From assembly GCA_030390025.1 (NCBI GenBank), contig CM059427.1:186496001-186560000 (forward strand): 64,000 nucleotides of DNA, written 5' to 3'. This document shows positions 47,488-60,350 of the stretch, piece after piece. Source of the DNA: Squalus acanthias. Its lineage: Eukaryota. The notes below the pieces were generated by a model, which worked only from the letters and a program-made list of their open reading frames with translations, searched no databases and was not told where the DNA came from. Each line of letters starts with the position of its first letter. The first letter of the stretch is position 1. A program made the position numbers and the translations under genes.

Positions 47488-47565
47488 GTAGGAGACAGAA
47501 TGCTGCCGTTGTTTTCAGTGATCAAGTTATTGTTTAAAATCTAAATGATTTTCTTGTTTACACAG

Positions 47566-47835
47566 TCACAGCTGAACCATCTGATGCCGTGACTGAGGGA
47601 GACACCGTTACCTTGACCTGCTCTGTCTCTGATGTCACTGAATCAATGAGACTTGTTTGGATCAATAGTGATGGCAAAACTGTTGGAGAAAAAACATTGA
47701 ATGGATGGAATAGGGAAGAGAAATCATTGAGACTGATTATTCAGAAAGCTGACAGAGGCAGAGGGAACTGGATATGTGCTTTGTTTTATCAAGACAGGCC
47801 CCGGGTTTTAGTCCCGTACTATCTGGAGCCCAGTG
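47566..47835 (+). CDS. Paralog B exon D4: C2-type Ig domain with WxC (GNWIC)
   Basis: Acceptor ttacacag|TC, donor G|gtaagt, 270 nt; paralogous to 3089-3358, with the same 78-bp upstream intron. Confidence 0.93.
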
Positions 47836-49498
47836 GTAAGTGACTCAGGGTTTGCTCTTTATATTTATAATCTCGATAGAAAAATTCTGGTCACTTATTG
47901 TTCTTGTTGCCAGAAGTAGCCCCTCCTTTATATCCTGTGTGTGAGGCTCTACAGTGGGGCAGAGCCTCAGAAAATCTACCCTGAGATAACTCAGCACGGC
48001 CTGGGATCGAGCTTGGAACTTTCCTGGACTGTATGTCTCAACTATGCTCTTGGTAAACTCACTGAGACAGGGCAAAGTTTTTTTGTGACAATAAAGTGGT
48101 ACAGAAGCCGATTCTATTGGTTTTCTGACCCAGAATCAATCAGAATGTTGAGGTTGAATGCCCAGAAAATCACAGCCAAAACTAATTCCCAGCTGCAAAA
48201 ATTGTAATTGAAACTCTCCGTTCTTCAGGCTCAGAGAAACTCTTCGGCAGGATTTTCCTCACTCGGCGGGTCCGTGGAGGGCGACGTCTGTGACAGGTCC
48301 CAACCCCAATGCTGGCTCCATCCTGGCCTCTGAAATGAATTGACCTTGATGGGGCTTATTAAGCCCGCCCAGCGAGTTTCCCGGCCAATTAGAGGAAGCA
48401 GGTCTGGTGACGTCATTTGATGACGGGTCATCAGCCGATTTCCTTCAAGGGACCATGGCCAACTTTCTTTTGAAATTTGTGCTGTCAGTATTCTACAGCA
48501 TTGAGATGCTGCAAACACTGACAAGCACTGCACAGAGGCACAGGGCTGCACCCAGGCTCTCCCATGACTCCCTCCATATGCTAATGGAGGGAGTCACAGC
48601 ACACAGGGAGATCCTCATTCCTTCCCATGGGCGAAAGAGACCTCCCCAGGAGGTCAACACAGTCTGGTTGCACATTGCAGAGGAGGGCATGAACAGGGAT
48701 GTGGTCAGGAGAACCTGGGTGCAGTACTAAAAATGTTTCAATGATCTCTTTAGATCAGGAAACGTGAGTAGAAAGCCACACTCAGCCTTATCCTGCTGTG
48801 CCTTTCATCACATCCCCATCACTCTGCCTTCCCTACCCTACTCCTGCACATCCTTACTCACACCAACTTACCTTGCACATGCACCCATCCCTCTCTATCT
48901 ACCTTATCACATCCCCATCTTACTAGCCACTCCTCACACTCAACCTCATCCTAGTGCAATCAGACCAACTAACAACACACAAGAGTAGGCACTTGGGTGT
49001 TTTATGCAATGTTCATGTAAAGTTTCTGTGGTGTCAAACATTGAAACCTTTATTTTCCTGTTCTTGGACAGATTTATGTGCACCTTTGGAAGTGGCTGAG
49101 TGAGTTGCAGTGAACGGTGAGACATAACGTTACCCACCACAATGGTGATGAGTGTTAAAGGAATGGCTTGGGCATTGTAGGGTTGCTTTATGGTGTTTGT
49201 GTGGGGTGGTGCCATCCTGGCGCATCATGTCGCAGCCAGGGTGTACAGCATCCAGTGAAGTAAATCTGGCCATGGTGAGGCCATCCCTGGACTCCCAGGC
49301 AGCAATGTAGTCGAGTGCTGATGCCTGCGTCCTGGGTACCATCAGGTGATTGTGGAGAAGGATGGTGTAGTTGTTGGTGCTGTTGGTGTGCCTGGTGCTG
49401 CTGGTGTGCCTGGTGATGCAGGTGTTGGGGCTGATCGTGGTGGGATTTTAAGGACCAAGGTGAGAGACTTTCAAGGGCACCCATGCTGATGGAATAGA

Positions 49499-52400
49499 AA
49501 CATAGAAACATAGAAGATAGGAGCAGGAGTAGGCCATTCAGCCCCTTGAGCCTGCTCCGCTATTCAATGCGATCATAGCTGATCATCCAAATTCAGTACC
49601 CTGTCCTTGCTTTCTCCCCATATCCCTTGATCCCCTTAGCCTTAAGAAATATATCGAACTCCTTCTTGAATATATTTAATGAATTGGCCTCAACTGCCTT
49701 CTGTGGTAGAGAATTCCACAGGTTCACCACTCTCTGGGTGAAGAAATTCTTCCCCATCTCAGTCCTAAATGGCTTACCCCTTATCCTTAGACTGTGACCC
49801 CTGGTTCTGGACTCCCCGCCATCGGGAACATCCTTCCTGCATCTAGTCTGTCTAGTCCTGTTAGAATTTTATAAGTTTCAATGAGATCCCCTCTCATTCT
49901 TCTGAACTCTAGCGAATATAAAACTAATCGACCCAATCTCTCTTCATACGTCATTCCTGCCATCCCAGGTATCAGTCTGGTGAATCTTCGCTGCACTCCC
50001 TCCATTGTAAGAACATCCTTCTTCAGATAAGGCGACCAAAACTGCACACAATACTCAAGGTGTGGTCTCACCAAGGCCCTGTACAACTGCCGCAAGACAT
50101 CCTTGCTCCAGTACTCGAATCCTCTCGCTATGAAGGCCAACATACCATTTGCCTTCTTAACCGCCTGCTGCACCTGCATGCTTACCTTCAGCGACTGGTG
50201 CACAAGGACACCCAGGTCTCGTTGCACTTCCCCTTTTCCCAAGCTATTGCCGTTCAGATAATAATCTGCCTTCCTGTTTTTGCCACCAAAGTGGATAACC
50301 TCGCATTTATCCACATTATACTGCATCTGCCATGCATCTGCCCAATCACCCAACCTGTCCAAATCATACTGGAGTTTCTCTGCATCCTCCTCACAACACA
50401 CACGCCCACCCAGCTTTGTGTCATCTGCAAACTTGGAGATATTACATCTAGTTCTCTCGTCTGGATCAGTAATATATATTGTGAATAACTGGGGTCCTAG
50501 CACTGATCCCTGCGGTACTCCACGAGTCACTGCCTGCCACTCGGAAAATGACCCGTTTATTCCAACACTTTGCTTCCTGTCTGCCAACCAGTTTTCTATC
50601 CAAGTCAGTACCTTACCCCCAATCCCATGTGCTTTAATTTTGCACGCTAATCTCTTATGCAGGACCTTATCGAAAGCCTTCTGAAAGTCCAATTATACCA
50701 CATCCACTGGTTCTCCCTTATCTATTCTACCAGTTACATCCTCAAAAAATTCCAGTAGATTAGTCAAGCATGATTTACCTTTCGTAAATCCATGTTGACT
50801 TTGTCCGATCCTGTCACTGTTTTCCAAGTGCTCTGCTATTACATCTTTTATAATGGACTCTAGCATTTTCCCCACAACCGATGTCAGGCTTACCAGACTG
50901 TAATTCCCCATTTTCTCTCTACCACCTTTTTAAAATAGTGGCGTTATATTAGCTACCCTCCAATCCATGCGAACTGTTCCAGAGTCTATAGAATTTTGGA
51001 AGATGACCAGCAATGTATCAACTATTTCTCAGGCCACTTCCTTAAGTACCCTAGGATGTAGATTATCAGGCCCTGGGGATTTATCGGCCTTCAATCCCAT
51101 CAATTTCCCTAACACCATTTCCCTACAAATACTGATTTCATTCAGTTCCTCCCTCTCATTCGACCCTATGTTCCCCAACATCTCTGGGTGTTTATTTGTG
51201 TCCTCCTTTGTGAAGACAGAACCAAAGTATGTATTTAATTGGACTGCCATTTCTTTGCTCCCCATTATAAATTCCCCTGATTCTAACTGCAAGGGACCTA
51301 CGCTTGACTTCACCAATCTTTTTCTCTTCACATATCTATAGAAGCTTTTACAGTCAGTTTTTATTTTCCCTGCAAGCTTACTCTCATACTCTATTTTCTC
51401 CCTCTTAATTAATCCCTTTGTCCTCCTTTGCTGAATCCTAAACTGCTCCCAATCCTCAGGTTTGCTGCTTTTTCTGGCCAATTTATATGTGCTCTCCTTG
51501 GATCTTATGCTATCCCTAATTTCCCTTGTTAGCCACGGTTGAGTCACCTTTTTTGTTTTATTTTTATGCCAAACAGAGATGAACAAATTCTGTAGTTCAT
51601 CCATGCGATCTTTAAATGTTTGCCATTGCCTATCCACCGTCGACCCTTTAAGCAACATTCCCCAACACATCCTAGCCAACTCGTGCCACATACCATCATA
51701 TTTTCCTTTATTTAAATTCAGTACCCTAGTCTCGGAGTCAACCATTACTTCACTCTCCATCTTAATGAAGAATACTATCATATTATGATCGCTCCTCCCC
51801 AAGGGGCCTCGCACAACAAGATTGCTAATTAATCCTTTCTCATTACATAATACTCAGTCTAAGATGGCCTGATCTCTAGTTGATTCCTCGATATATTGGT
51901 CCACTAACCCATCCCATATACAGTCAAGGAATTCCTCTTCCACAGTATTGTTACTAATTTGGTTAGCCCAATCTATATGTAGATTAAAGTCACCCATGAT
52001 AACTGCAGTGCCCTTATTGCACGCATCTCTAATTTTCCATTTAATGCAATCCCCAACCTCATCATTACTGTTTGGGGGTCTGTATACAACTCCCACTAAC
52101 GTTTTCTGCCCCTTGGTATTTCTCAGCTCTACCCATACAGATTCCACATCATCAGAGCTAATATCCTTCCTTACTATTATGTTAATCTCCTCTTTAACCA
52201 GAAATACTACCCCACCTCCTTTTACTTTTTGCCTGTCCTTCCTGAATATTGAATACCCCTGGATGTTGAACTCCCAGCCTTGGTCACCCTGGAGCCATGT
52301 CTCCATAATCCCAATTATATCATACCATTTACATCTATTTGCGCAGCTAATTCATCCACCTTATTGTGAATGCTCCTCGCATTAAGACACAAATGTACCA

Positions 52401-53811
52401 GGGAAAGAGCTTAGAGTGCAGCCCCAACAGTCTCTTCTAAATCGATACAAGGAATGGCAAATCAAAATGAACCTGCAAAGTGCTGCTCAGTACCCAAAAC
52501 TCCTTCACACAACGTTGAATCTCTCCAGATGTCTCTCTCTCTCTCTCTCAGAATGCGTAGTTCAAAAATGGCACCAACAATAAAAGGCAGGAAGCGGTCA
52601 CCTTTAAATAGCGCTCCCCCAGTCCCTTCATGACTGCAGAACGCTCCCCTCAACCTGTCGTTGCTAGCGTCAGGCGGTAAGGCAGGGGGCGCCACTCAAT
52701 ATCCGCTCCGGGGCGATACCGGGGCGTTGCACACTCGACTGACGTCACGATCTGCCGGCGCAGGAGATCATGGCGGTAGTGTTTAGCGCCGCCGCAAAAT
52801 GTCTAGTTAAGTTCGCGAGCGGCGCAAAGATCGCTTCGTCCGGGCGCTAGCTGCTTTGCGCCCCATTAGCGCCCTCTTAAGGCGCTAACGGGAGGCACAA
52901 CCAACTGAATTTTTCCCCCAAACAACCAACTGAATTTTTCCCCCAAAGCCTTCAGTCTTGTTTTTTTAACACTCTTAGACCTTTTAGAATTATTGTTTAC
53001 TGTGGCCATGTTTGATTTACACCCTTGATTTCTCTGACTTCCACTTTTGCTTTTCTCCTTCCTGTCTTTTCCTTCTATCATTGCTTCCCTTTCCTCTGTC
53101 TCCCTGCACAGGTTCCCAACCCCCTGCCATTTTAGTTTAAACCCTCCCCAACAGCATTAGCAAACACTCCCCCCAGGACATCGGTCACGGTCCTGCCCAG
53201 GTGCAAACCGTCCAGTTTGTACTGGTCCCACCTCCCCCAGAATTATTTCCAATGTCCCAGGATTTTGAATCCCTCCCCCTTGCACCATTCTTCTAGCCAT
53301 GTATTCATCTGAAATATCCTTCTATTTCTACTCTGACTAGTACGTGGCACTGGTAGCAATCCTGAGATTACTAACTTTGAGGTCCTATTTTTTAATTTAC
53401 CACCTAACTTCCTATTTTCAGCTTTACGGACCTCATCCCATTTTTTACCTATATCATTGGTACCTATATGCACCACGACAACTGGCTGTTCACCCTCCCC
53501 CTCCAGAATGCCCTGCAGCCGCTCCGAGACATCCTTGACCCTTGCACCAGGGAGGCAACATACCATCCTGGAGTCTCGTTTGCGGCCGCAGAAATGCCTA
53601 TCTATTCCCCTTACAATAGAATCCCCTATCACTATAGCTCTCCCGCTCTTTTTCCTCCCGTCCTGTGCAGCAGAACCACCCATGGTGCCAGGAAGTTGGC
53701 TACTGCTGCCTTCCCCCGACAAGCCATCCTCCTCAACAATATCCAAAGTGGTATATCTGTTTGAGAGGGGGATGGCCACAGGAGACCCCTGCACTACCTG
53801 CCTGCGCCTAC
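49499..53811 (-). mobile_element. Near full-length CR1 LINE (esterase ORF1, EN+RT ORF2), disrupted
   Basis: ORF1 53243..53794 (GDSIVR, HIGTND); ORF2 pieces with [29 protein letters not shown] and KFADDTK; (ttctatgt)n tail; probable TSD taga. Confidence 0.95.
52394..52944. mobile_element. One-ended family-1 MITE fragment with duplicated TIR, inside CR1
   Basis: Matches 7055-7575; caaccaactgaatttttcccccaaa twice; aaa on both sides. Confidence 0.85.
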
Positions 53812-53894
53812 TAGATGGCAGGTGAAGTAGAGATGACAGAAGCGATCTGTCAATGATTGGAAAGGTAATGAGGTCAGACTGGATGGAGACCCAG

Positions 53895-54350
53895 GGATGG
53901 GGGATCTTATCTACAAGGACAGGTTGGAGAAGATTGATTTGTTTTCATTAGAGCAAAGGAAGTTGAGGGGTGATTTGATAGATGTGTGCAAATTATGACG
54001 GGTTAGGATAGGTTAGACGGGGAAAGGCTGTTCCCACTAGTTGATGGTACAAGGACTAGGGGACACAGATTTAAGGTTTTGGGCAAGAGATACAGGTGGA
54101 TGTGAGGAGAAACTTTTTTACGCAGCGAGTGGTGAGGACCTGGCACTCGCTGCCGACGGACGTGGTGGAAGCGGAGACCCTCTATGTTTTCAAGGGGAGA
54201 CTGGATAGGCACTTGAGGGAAATAAACTTGTAGGGCTACAAGGATAGAACGGGGGAATAGGACTGACTTGATTGCTCTGCAGAGAGCCGGCACAGACTCG
54301 ATGGGCCGAATGGCCTCCTTCTGTGCCGTGATGACTCTATGACTCTATGA
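53895..54350 (+). mobile_element. CR1 LINE 3' fragment
   Basis: CR1 C-terminal coding remnant and tail gatgggccgaatggcctccttctgtg..(gactctat)n. Confidence 0.85.
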
Positions 54351-55063
54351 CTTGTGTAAAGACTTGCAGATTTCTGAATTTGTAGTGGAAATGCAGTTTA
54401 GAGAAGCTAGTGGTTTACGGAACATTTCTCAATCAACTGGGAACTTTGACTTGACATTTGAAGCTGTCAAACTCATCAGCTGATTCAATGGCCACTGACC
54501 TCCCGCCTCAGCTTCACGGACGAGGTCGAGGCACAGCGGGAAACTGGTGGGTGACCGGTCAAATTCAAAAAGCTGGTAAACAAGCCACTAATGATTTTAA
54601 TTGCCTCATTTGCCGCTGAGTATTGGGTCTACTCAGCGCTGACAGACCCGACATTTGGTAAAGGCGCATGGCGGTGGGTTCCCACCAGACCCGCCACCGA
54701 TCACGCCTGCTGACCCCCCACAAAATCCAGCCCTACTTCTCTGCCTGTTTCAAATGATCTTGGAAACATCTGTGCCTCTTCACTTTTTTTAAATTCATTT
54801 ATGGAATGTGTGCATCATTGGCAAGGCCAGCATTTATTGCTCGTCCCTAATTGGCCTTGAGAGGACACCCTCCATCATGTTGCGTGGCACTACCACCATG
54901 CTAAATGTGATAGATTCAGAACAGATCTAGCAGCTCTAAACTGAGCACCCATGAGGCGCTGTGGGCCATCAGCAGCAGCAGAATTGTATTCCACCACAAT
55001 CTGTAACCTCCTGGCTCGGCATATCCCTCACTCTACCATTACCACCAAACCAGGGGACCAACC

Positions 55064-58000
55064 AAGGGTGTGACGAGAATGAGGAACTTAAAGAAATTAT
55101 TATTAGTAAAAAAACAGTACTAGCAAAATTAATGGGAATAAAAGTCGACAAATCCCAAGGACCGGATGACCTACATCCTAGGGTTTTGAAAGAGGTGGCC
55201 ATTGGAATAGTGGATGCATTGGTTGTCATCTTCCAAAATTCTATAGATTCTGGAACGGTTCCTGCAGATTGGAGGATAGCAAATGTAACCCTGCTATTTA
55301 AGAAAGGAGGGAGAGAGAAAACGGGGAACTACAAACCTGTTAGCCTCACATCAGTAGTTGCGAAAATTCTGGAATCTATTATAAAGGATGCAATACCTGG
55401 GCACTTAGAAACTAATAGTGAGATTGGGCAGAGTCAACATGGATTTATGAAAGAGAAATCCTGTTTGATAAACCTATTGGAGTTCTTTGAGGATGTAACT
55501 AGTGGAGTAGACAAAGGGGACCGGTAGATGTGGTGTATCTGGATTTTCAGAAGGCCTTCAATAAGGTCCCACACAAGAGGTTGGTGAACAAAATTAGGGC
55601 ACATGGAATTGGGGGTAATATACTAGCATGGATTGAGAATTGGTTAACAGACAGAAAACAAAGAGTAGGGATAAACGGGTCTTTTTCAGGATGGCAGGCT
55701 GTGACTAGTGGGGTACCGCAAGGATCGGTGCTTGGGCCCCAGCTATTCACAATCTATATCAATGATTTGGATGAGGGAACTAAATGTAACATTTCCAAAT
55801 TTGCTGATGATACAAAGCTAGGTGGCAGTGTCAGTTGTGAAGAAGATGTGAAGAGGCTTCAAGGGGATCTCGACAGGCTCAGTGAGTGGGCGAGAACATG
55901 GCAGATGGAATATAATGTGGATAAATGTGAAGTTAACCACTTTGGTTGAAAAAACAGAAAGGCAGAGTATTTCCTAAATGGTGAAAGTTTGGGGAATGCA
56001 GATGCTCAAAGGGTCCTGGGTGTCCTTGTACACGAGTCACTGAAAGTGAATGTGCAGGTGCAGCAAGCCATTAGGAAGGTTAATGGTATGCTGGCCTTCA
56101 TTACAAGAGGATTTGAGTACAGGAGTAAAAAAGTCTTACTCCAATTAAATAGGGCTTTGGTGTGTAGGGGGTGGTGGTTTGTGTCAGCTTCACCTCTGAC
56201 TTCTGAGCGGTTCGAATCGCTCCCATTCCCTTGGTTCTCGACCTTGGACTTATTTGGGGGTTGTGACAAAAGGTGCAGCAGACAACTGAGTTTGATGAAA
56301 GAACTTCAATCTTTATTCAAAGGGTAAAACACAAATAACAACACTCTTAACACTCTAAAGGTGGGGAACACTTCGGTACAAGCGAGGGAAATGACAGTAG
56401 AACAATACTTCACCCCTCCCAACCCCACTTTACTAGCTAAGTTAGGTTTTGAAGGACCAGGGATAATGCTCACCAATGCTTTGACAGTTGGGCTAAATCG
56501 CGGTTTTGGGGTTCGCTGATTATGGCGGTTAGTGTCTGCCGTACCCCGTATGCGGTAGAGGACTTCACCTGCGTATCTGGTCAGTCTTCGCGAGTCCGCT
56601 GATGCGGTAGGATGTCGTTTTGGATTTATCTGGTGAGTACCCAATTTCTTTGGTTTAGCAATAGGGCTTAGAGTCTTTGGGGAAATCTTACCCAGGGGTA
56701 AGTCAGGAGTAGATTGTAGAGTGGAAACTTTGCGGTTCTTCAGGTTTTTCTTCCCTTGAGTTGGTCTTTGTTGGTCGTGGTGGCCTGCTATTACCCGGTC
56801 AGTTGGGGGTAATATGCGGTTGTTGGTTTCTTGAGGCCTTTGGTTTCCGCGATGGTTTTAGGCCTTGTCTGGTGTGTCGGTCAACCTCGTGGAGCCGTCG
56901 GTGACTTGGTGTTGCTTGTTGCTCCGGGTGGCTGTGTTGGGACCGTTGTTGGAGGTCCGTCGAGGTGGTATCTTCACGAGCTGGACTCAGGTGTGTCTGA
57001 GTGGTGAGCGATGCCGACTCGCTTCCAGCTCAGCTTGTCTTCTTCCTTGTTTCTTCTTCTTCTGCTGACCACTGAACTGCTTAACGGGCCTTCAATTATA
57101 CGGAATTGAAGTGGCCTTATCTACCCGCCAAATCTACTCAGTTCATTGTCTGGTTTTGGCGGGCTCGTTAATCGATAATGACTTACTAGCGCGTTAACTG
57201 GTTTTTTAACAGGCCTTCAATCTCACCCATTGAACATGGCCTTATCTACCCGCCAAATCTGCTCAGTTCATTGTCTGATTTTGGCACGCCTGTCACCAGT
57301 AACTGCTCTGTAAGTGTCAAATGGCTTTTGGGATGCTTTGCATCCTGTTGATCTCCTTGGTTGATCACTGGTGATCGATTTCGTGTTTTGGGTTTCTAGG
57401 CTGGACTCGGTCTTACTATAGAATGGTCCTGAGTGGGTTTTGTTATGCATGTTTTCTGATGGGCCCTGTAATCGGTTTGATGGGGCCTGTTGTTTTGGGT
57501 GGGACTGTCTTCTCCCAGGGTCTATTGTCAAAATGTTAATGTCTGCTGGGGCTTGAGTGGGGTCATCCCGGTTCCCCAGACAGTGTAATTAACTGCAATA
57601 GCCAAAACTGCTTTTACAGAGGTCGAGCCCACCTCCTTGTCCCTTTACAGGCCCAGACATGGTTTTAAAATGCCAAAACTTGGTTTTTGGTCTTAAATTC
57701 CTTAGGTTAGGCCCAAATGCAATTTTATCACTCTGAGGTAGTTCCAAAGTCCTTTTTCCTTAGGTTTTGGGGATCTGTAAATTTTGGAAACCTTACAGGT
57801 GAGACCACACCTGGAGTACTGTGTACAATTTTGGTTTCCTTACCTAAGGAAGGATATACTTGCCATAGAGGGAGTGCAACGAAGGTTCACGAGATTGATT
57901 CCTGGGATGGCGGGACTGTCATATGAGAAGAGATTGAGTAAACTAGGCCTGTATTCTCTTGAATTCAGAAGAATGAGAGGGGATCTCATTGAAGCATAGA

Positions 58001-58345
58001 AAATTATTACAGGGCTTGATAGGATGGATGCTGGGGAGTCTAGAACCAGGGGCCACAGCCTCAAGATAAAGGGTAGACCATTCAGGACTGAGATGAGAAG
58101 AAATTTATTCACACAGAGGTTGGTGAATCTTTGGAATTCTCTACCCCAGAGAGCTGTGGAGGCTCAGTCATTAGGTATATTCAAAACAGAAGTCGATAGA
58201 TTTCTGACTAGTAAGGACATCAAGGGATATGGCGATAGGGCCAGTGAATGGAGTTGAGGCAGAAAATCAGCCATGATCTCATTGAATGGCGGAGCAGGCT
58301 CGAAGGGCCGAATGGCCTACTCCTGCTCCTATTTCTTAGGTTCTT
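55064..58345 (+). mobile_element. CR1 LINE (RT half) with nested solo LTR
   Basis: ORFs 54961..55527, 55530..55949 (KFADDTK), 57784..57999 and 58024..58257; probable TSD aacc. Confidence 0.93.
56163..57797 (-). mobile_element. Solo LTR (~1.63 kb), same family as 11681-13244
   Basis: TG..CA ends, 4-bp TSD ggtg within CR1, terminal ~60 bp nearly identical to the first copy; internal 49-bp direct repeat at 57112 and 57237. Confidence 0.9.
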
Positions 58346-58346
58346 A

Positions 58347-60350
58347 ACCCTGGTTCAACAAGGAGTGTAGAAGAGCATGCCAGGAGCAGCACCAGGCATA
58401 CCTAAAAATGAGGTGCCAACCTAGGGAAGCTGCAACACAGGACTACATGCATGCTAAACAGCGGAAGCAGCATGCTATAGACAGGGCTAAGCGATCCCAC
58501 GATCAACGGATCAGATCAAAGCTCTGCAGTCCTGCCACATCCAGTCGTGAATGGTGGTGGACTATTAAACAACTAACGGGAGGAGGAGGCTCCAGGAATA
58601 TCCGCATCCTCAATGATGGTGGAGCCCAGCACGTGAGTGCAAAAGACAAGGCTGAAGCGTTTGCAACCAACTTCAGCCAGAAGTGCCAAGTGGATGATCC
58701 ATCTCGGTCTACTCCCGAGGTCCCCACCATCACAGAAGCCAGTCTTCAGCCAATTCAATTCACTCCACGTGATATCAAGAAACGGCTGAGTGCACTGGAT
58801 ACAGCAAAGACTCTGGGCCCCGACAACATCGCAGCTATCGTGCTGAAGACTTGTGCTCCAGAACTAGCCGTGCCTCTAGCCAAGCTGTTCCAGTACAGCT
58901 ACAACACTGGCATCTATCTGACAATGTGGAAAACTGCCCAGGTATATCTAGTCCACAAAAAGCAGGACAAATCCAACCCGGCTAATTACCGCCCCATCAG
59001 TTAACTCTCAATCATCAGCAAAGTGATGGAAGGTGTCATCAACAGTGCTATCAAGCGGCACTTACTCACCAATAACCTGCTCACTGATGCCCAGTTTGGG
59101 TTCCACCAGGACCACTGAGCTCCCAACCTCATTACAGCCTTGGTCCAAACATGGACAAAGGAGCTGAATTCCAGAGGTGAGGTGAGAGTGACTGCACTTG
59201 ACATCAAGGCAGCATTTGACCGAGTCTGGCATCAGGGAGCCCTAGTAAAACTGAAGTCAATGGGAATCAGGGGAAAACGCTCCACTGACTGGGGTCATAC
59301 CTAGCACAAAGGAAGATGGTTGTGGTGGTTGAAGGTCAATCATCACAGCCCCAGGACATTGCTGCAGGAGTTCCTCAGGGCAGTGTCCTAGGCCCAACCA
59401 TCTTCAGCTGCTTCACAAATGACCTTCCCTCCAACATAAGGTCAGAAATGGGGATGTTCACTGATGACTGCACAGTGTTCAGCGCCATTCACAACTCCAC
59501 AGATAATGAAGCAGTCCATGCCCGCATGCAACAAGAGCTGGACAATGTTCAGGCTTGGGCTGATAAGTGACAGGTAACATTCGCGCCACAGAAGTGCCAG
59601 GCAATGACTATCTCCAACATGTGAGAGTCTAACCACCTCCCCTTGACATTCAATGGCATTACCATCGCCGAATCCGCCACTATCAACATCCTGGGGGTCA
59701 CCTTTAACCAGAAACTTAACTGGACCAGCCATATAAATACTGTGGCAACAAGGGCAGGTCAGAGGCTAGCTATTCTGCGGTGAGTGTCTCAGCTCCTGAC
59801 TCCACAAAGCACTTCCACCATCTACAAGGCACAAGTAAGGAGTGTGATGGAATACTCTCCACTTGCCTGGATGAGTGCAGCACTAACAACACTCAAGAAG
59901 CTCGACACCATCCAGGACAAAGCAGCCGGCTTGATTGGCACCCCATCCACCATCTTAAACATTCACTCCCTCCACCACCAGCGTACCATGACTGCAGTGT
60001 ATACCATCTACAAGATGCACTGCAGCAACTCGCCAAGGCTTCTTCAGCAGCACCTCCCAAACCCGCAACCTCTTCCACCTAGAAGGATAATGGCATAGGT
60101 GCATGGGAACACCACCACCTCCAAGTTCCCCTCCAAGTCACACACCATCCTGACTTAGAAGTATATCGCCGATCCTTCATCGTCGCTGGGTCAAAATCCT
60201 GAAACTCCCTACCTAACGGCACTGTGGGAGTACCTTCACCACACGGACTGCAGTGGTTCAAGAAGGTGGCTCACCACCACCTTCTCAAGGGCAACTAGGG
60301 ATGGGCAATAAATGTTGGCCTTACCAGCGACGCCCAGATTCCATCAAAAC
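58347..60350 (+). mobile_element. CR1/L2-group LINE (second family) RT and 3' end; its 5' part is at ~54863-55063
   Basis: [24 protein letters not shown] and RSVMEYS motifs; inserted in a - strand copy of the same family (54790-54862 + 60362-60600). Confidence 0.9.

Larger units (their letters stand above)
34356..47835 (+). pseudogene. Paralog B (5' part): leader + V-C2-V-C2 ectodomain of the same receptor family; frameshift in D1 (pseudogene, null allele or sequencing error)
   Basis: Five exons joined by phase-1 GT-AG introns. D3 and D4 are closely similar to paralog A. The D1 exon is 341 nt, one short of a multiple of 3. No TM exon seen up to 64000. Confidence 0.75.
48245..54733. mobile_element. 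Harbinger derivative (same family as 30589-32409) expanded by nested CR1 insertions
   Basis: Ends ggcaggatttt / aaaatccagccc; Myb remnant 48530-48765; flanks rejoin to sequence homologous to A 4604-4675. Confidence 0.85.
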
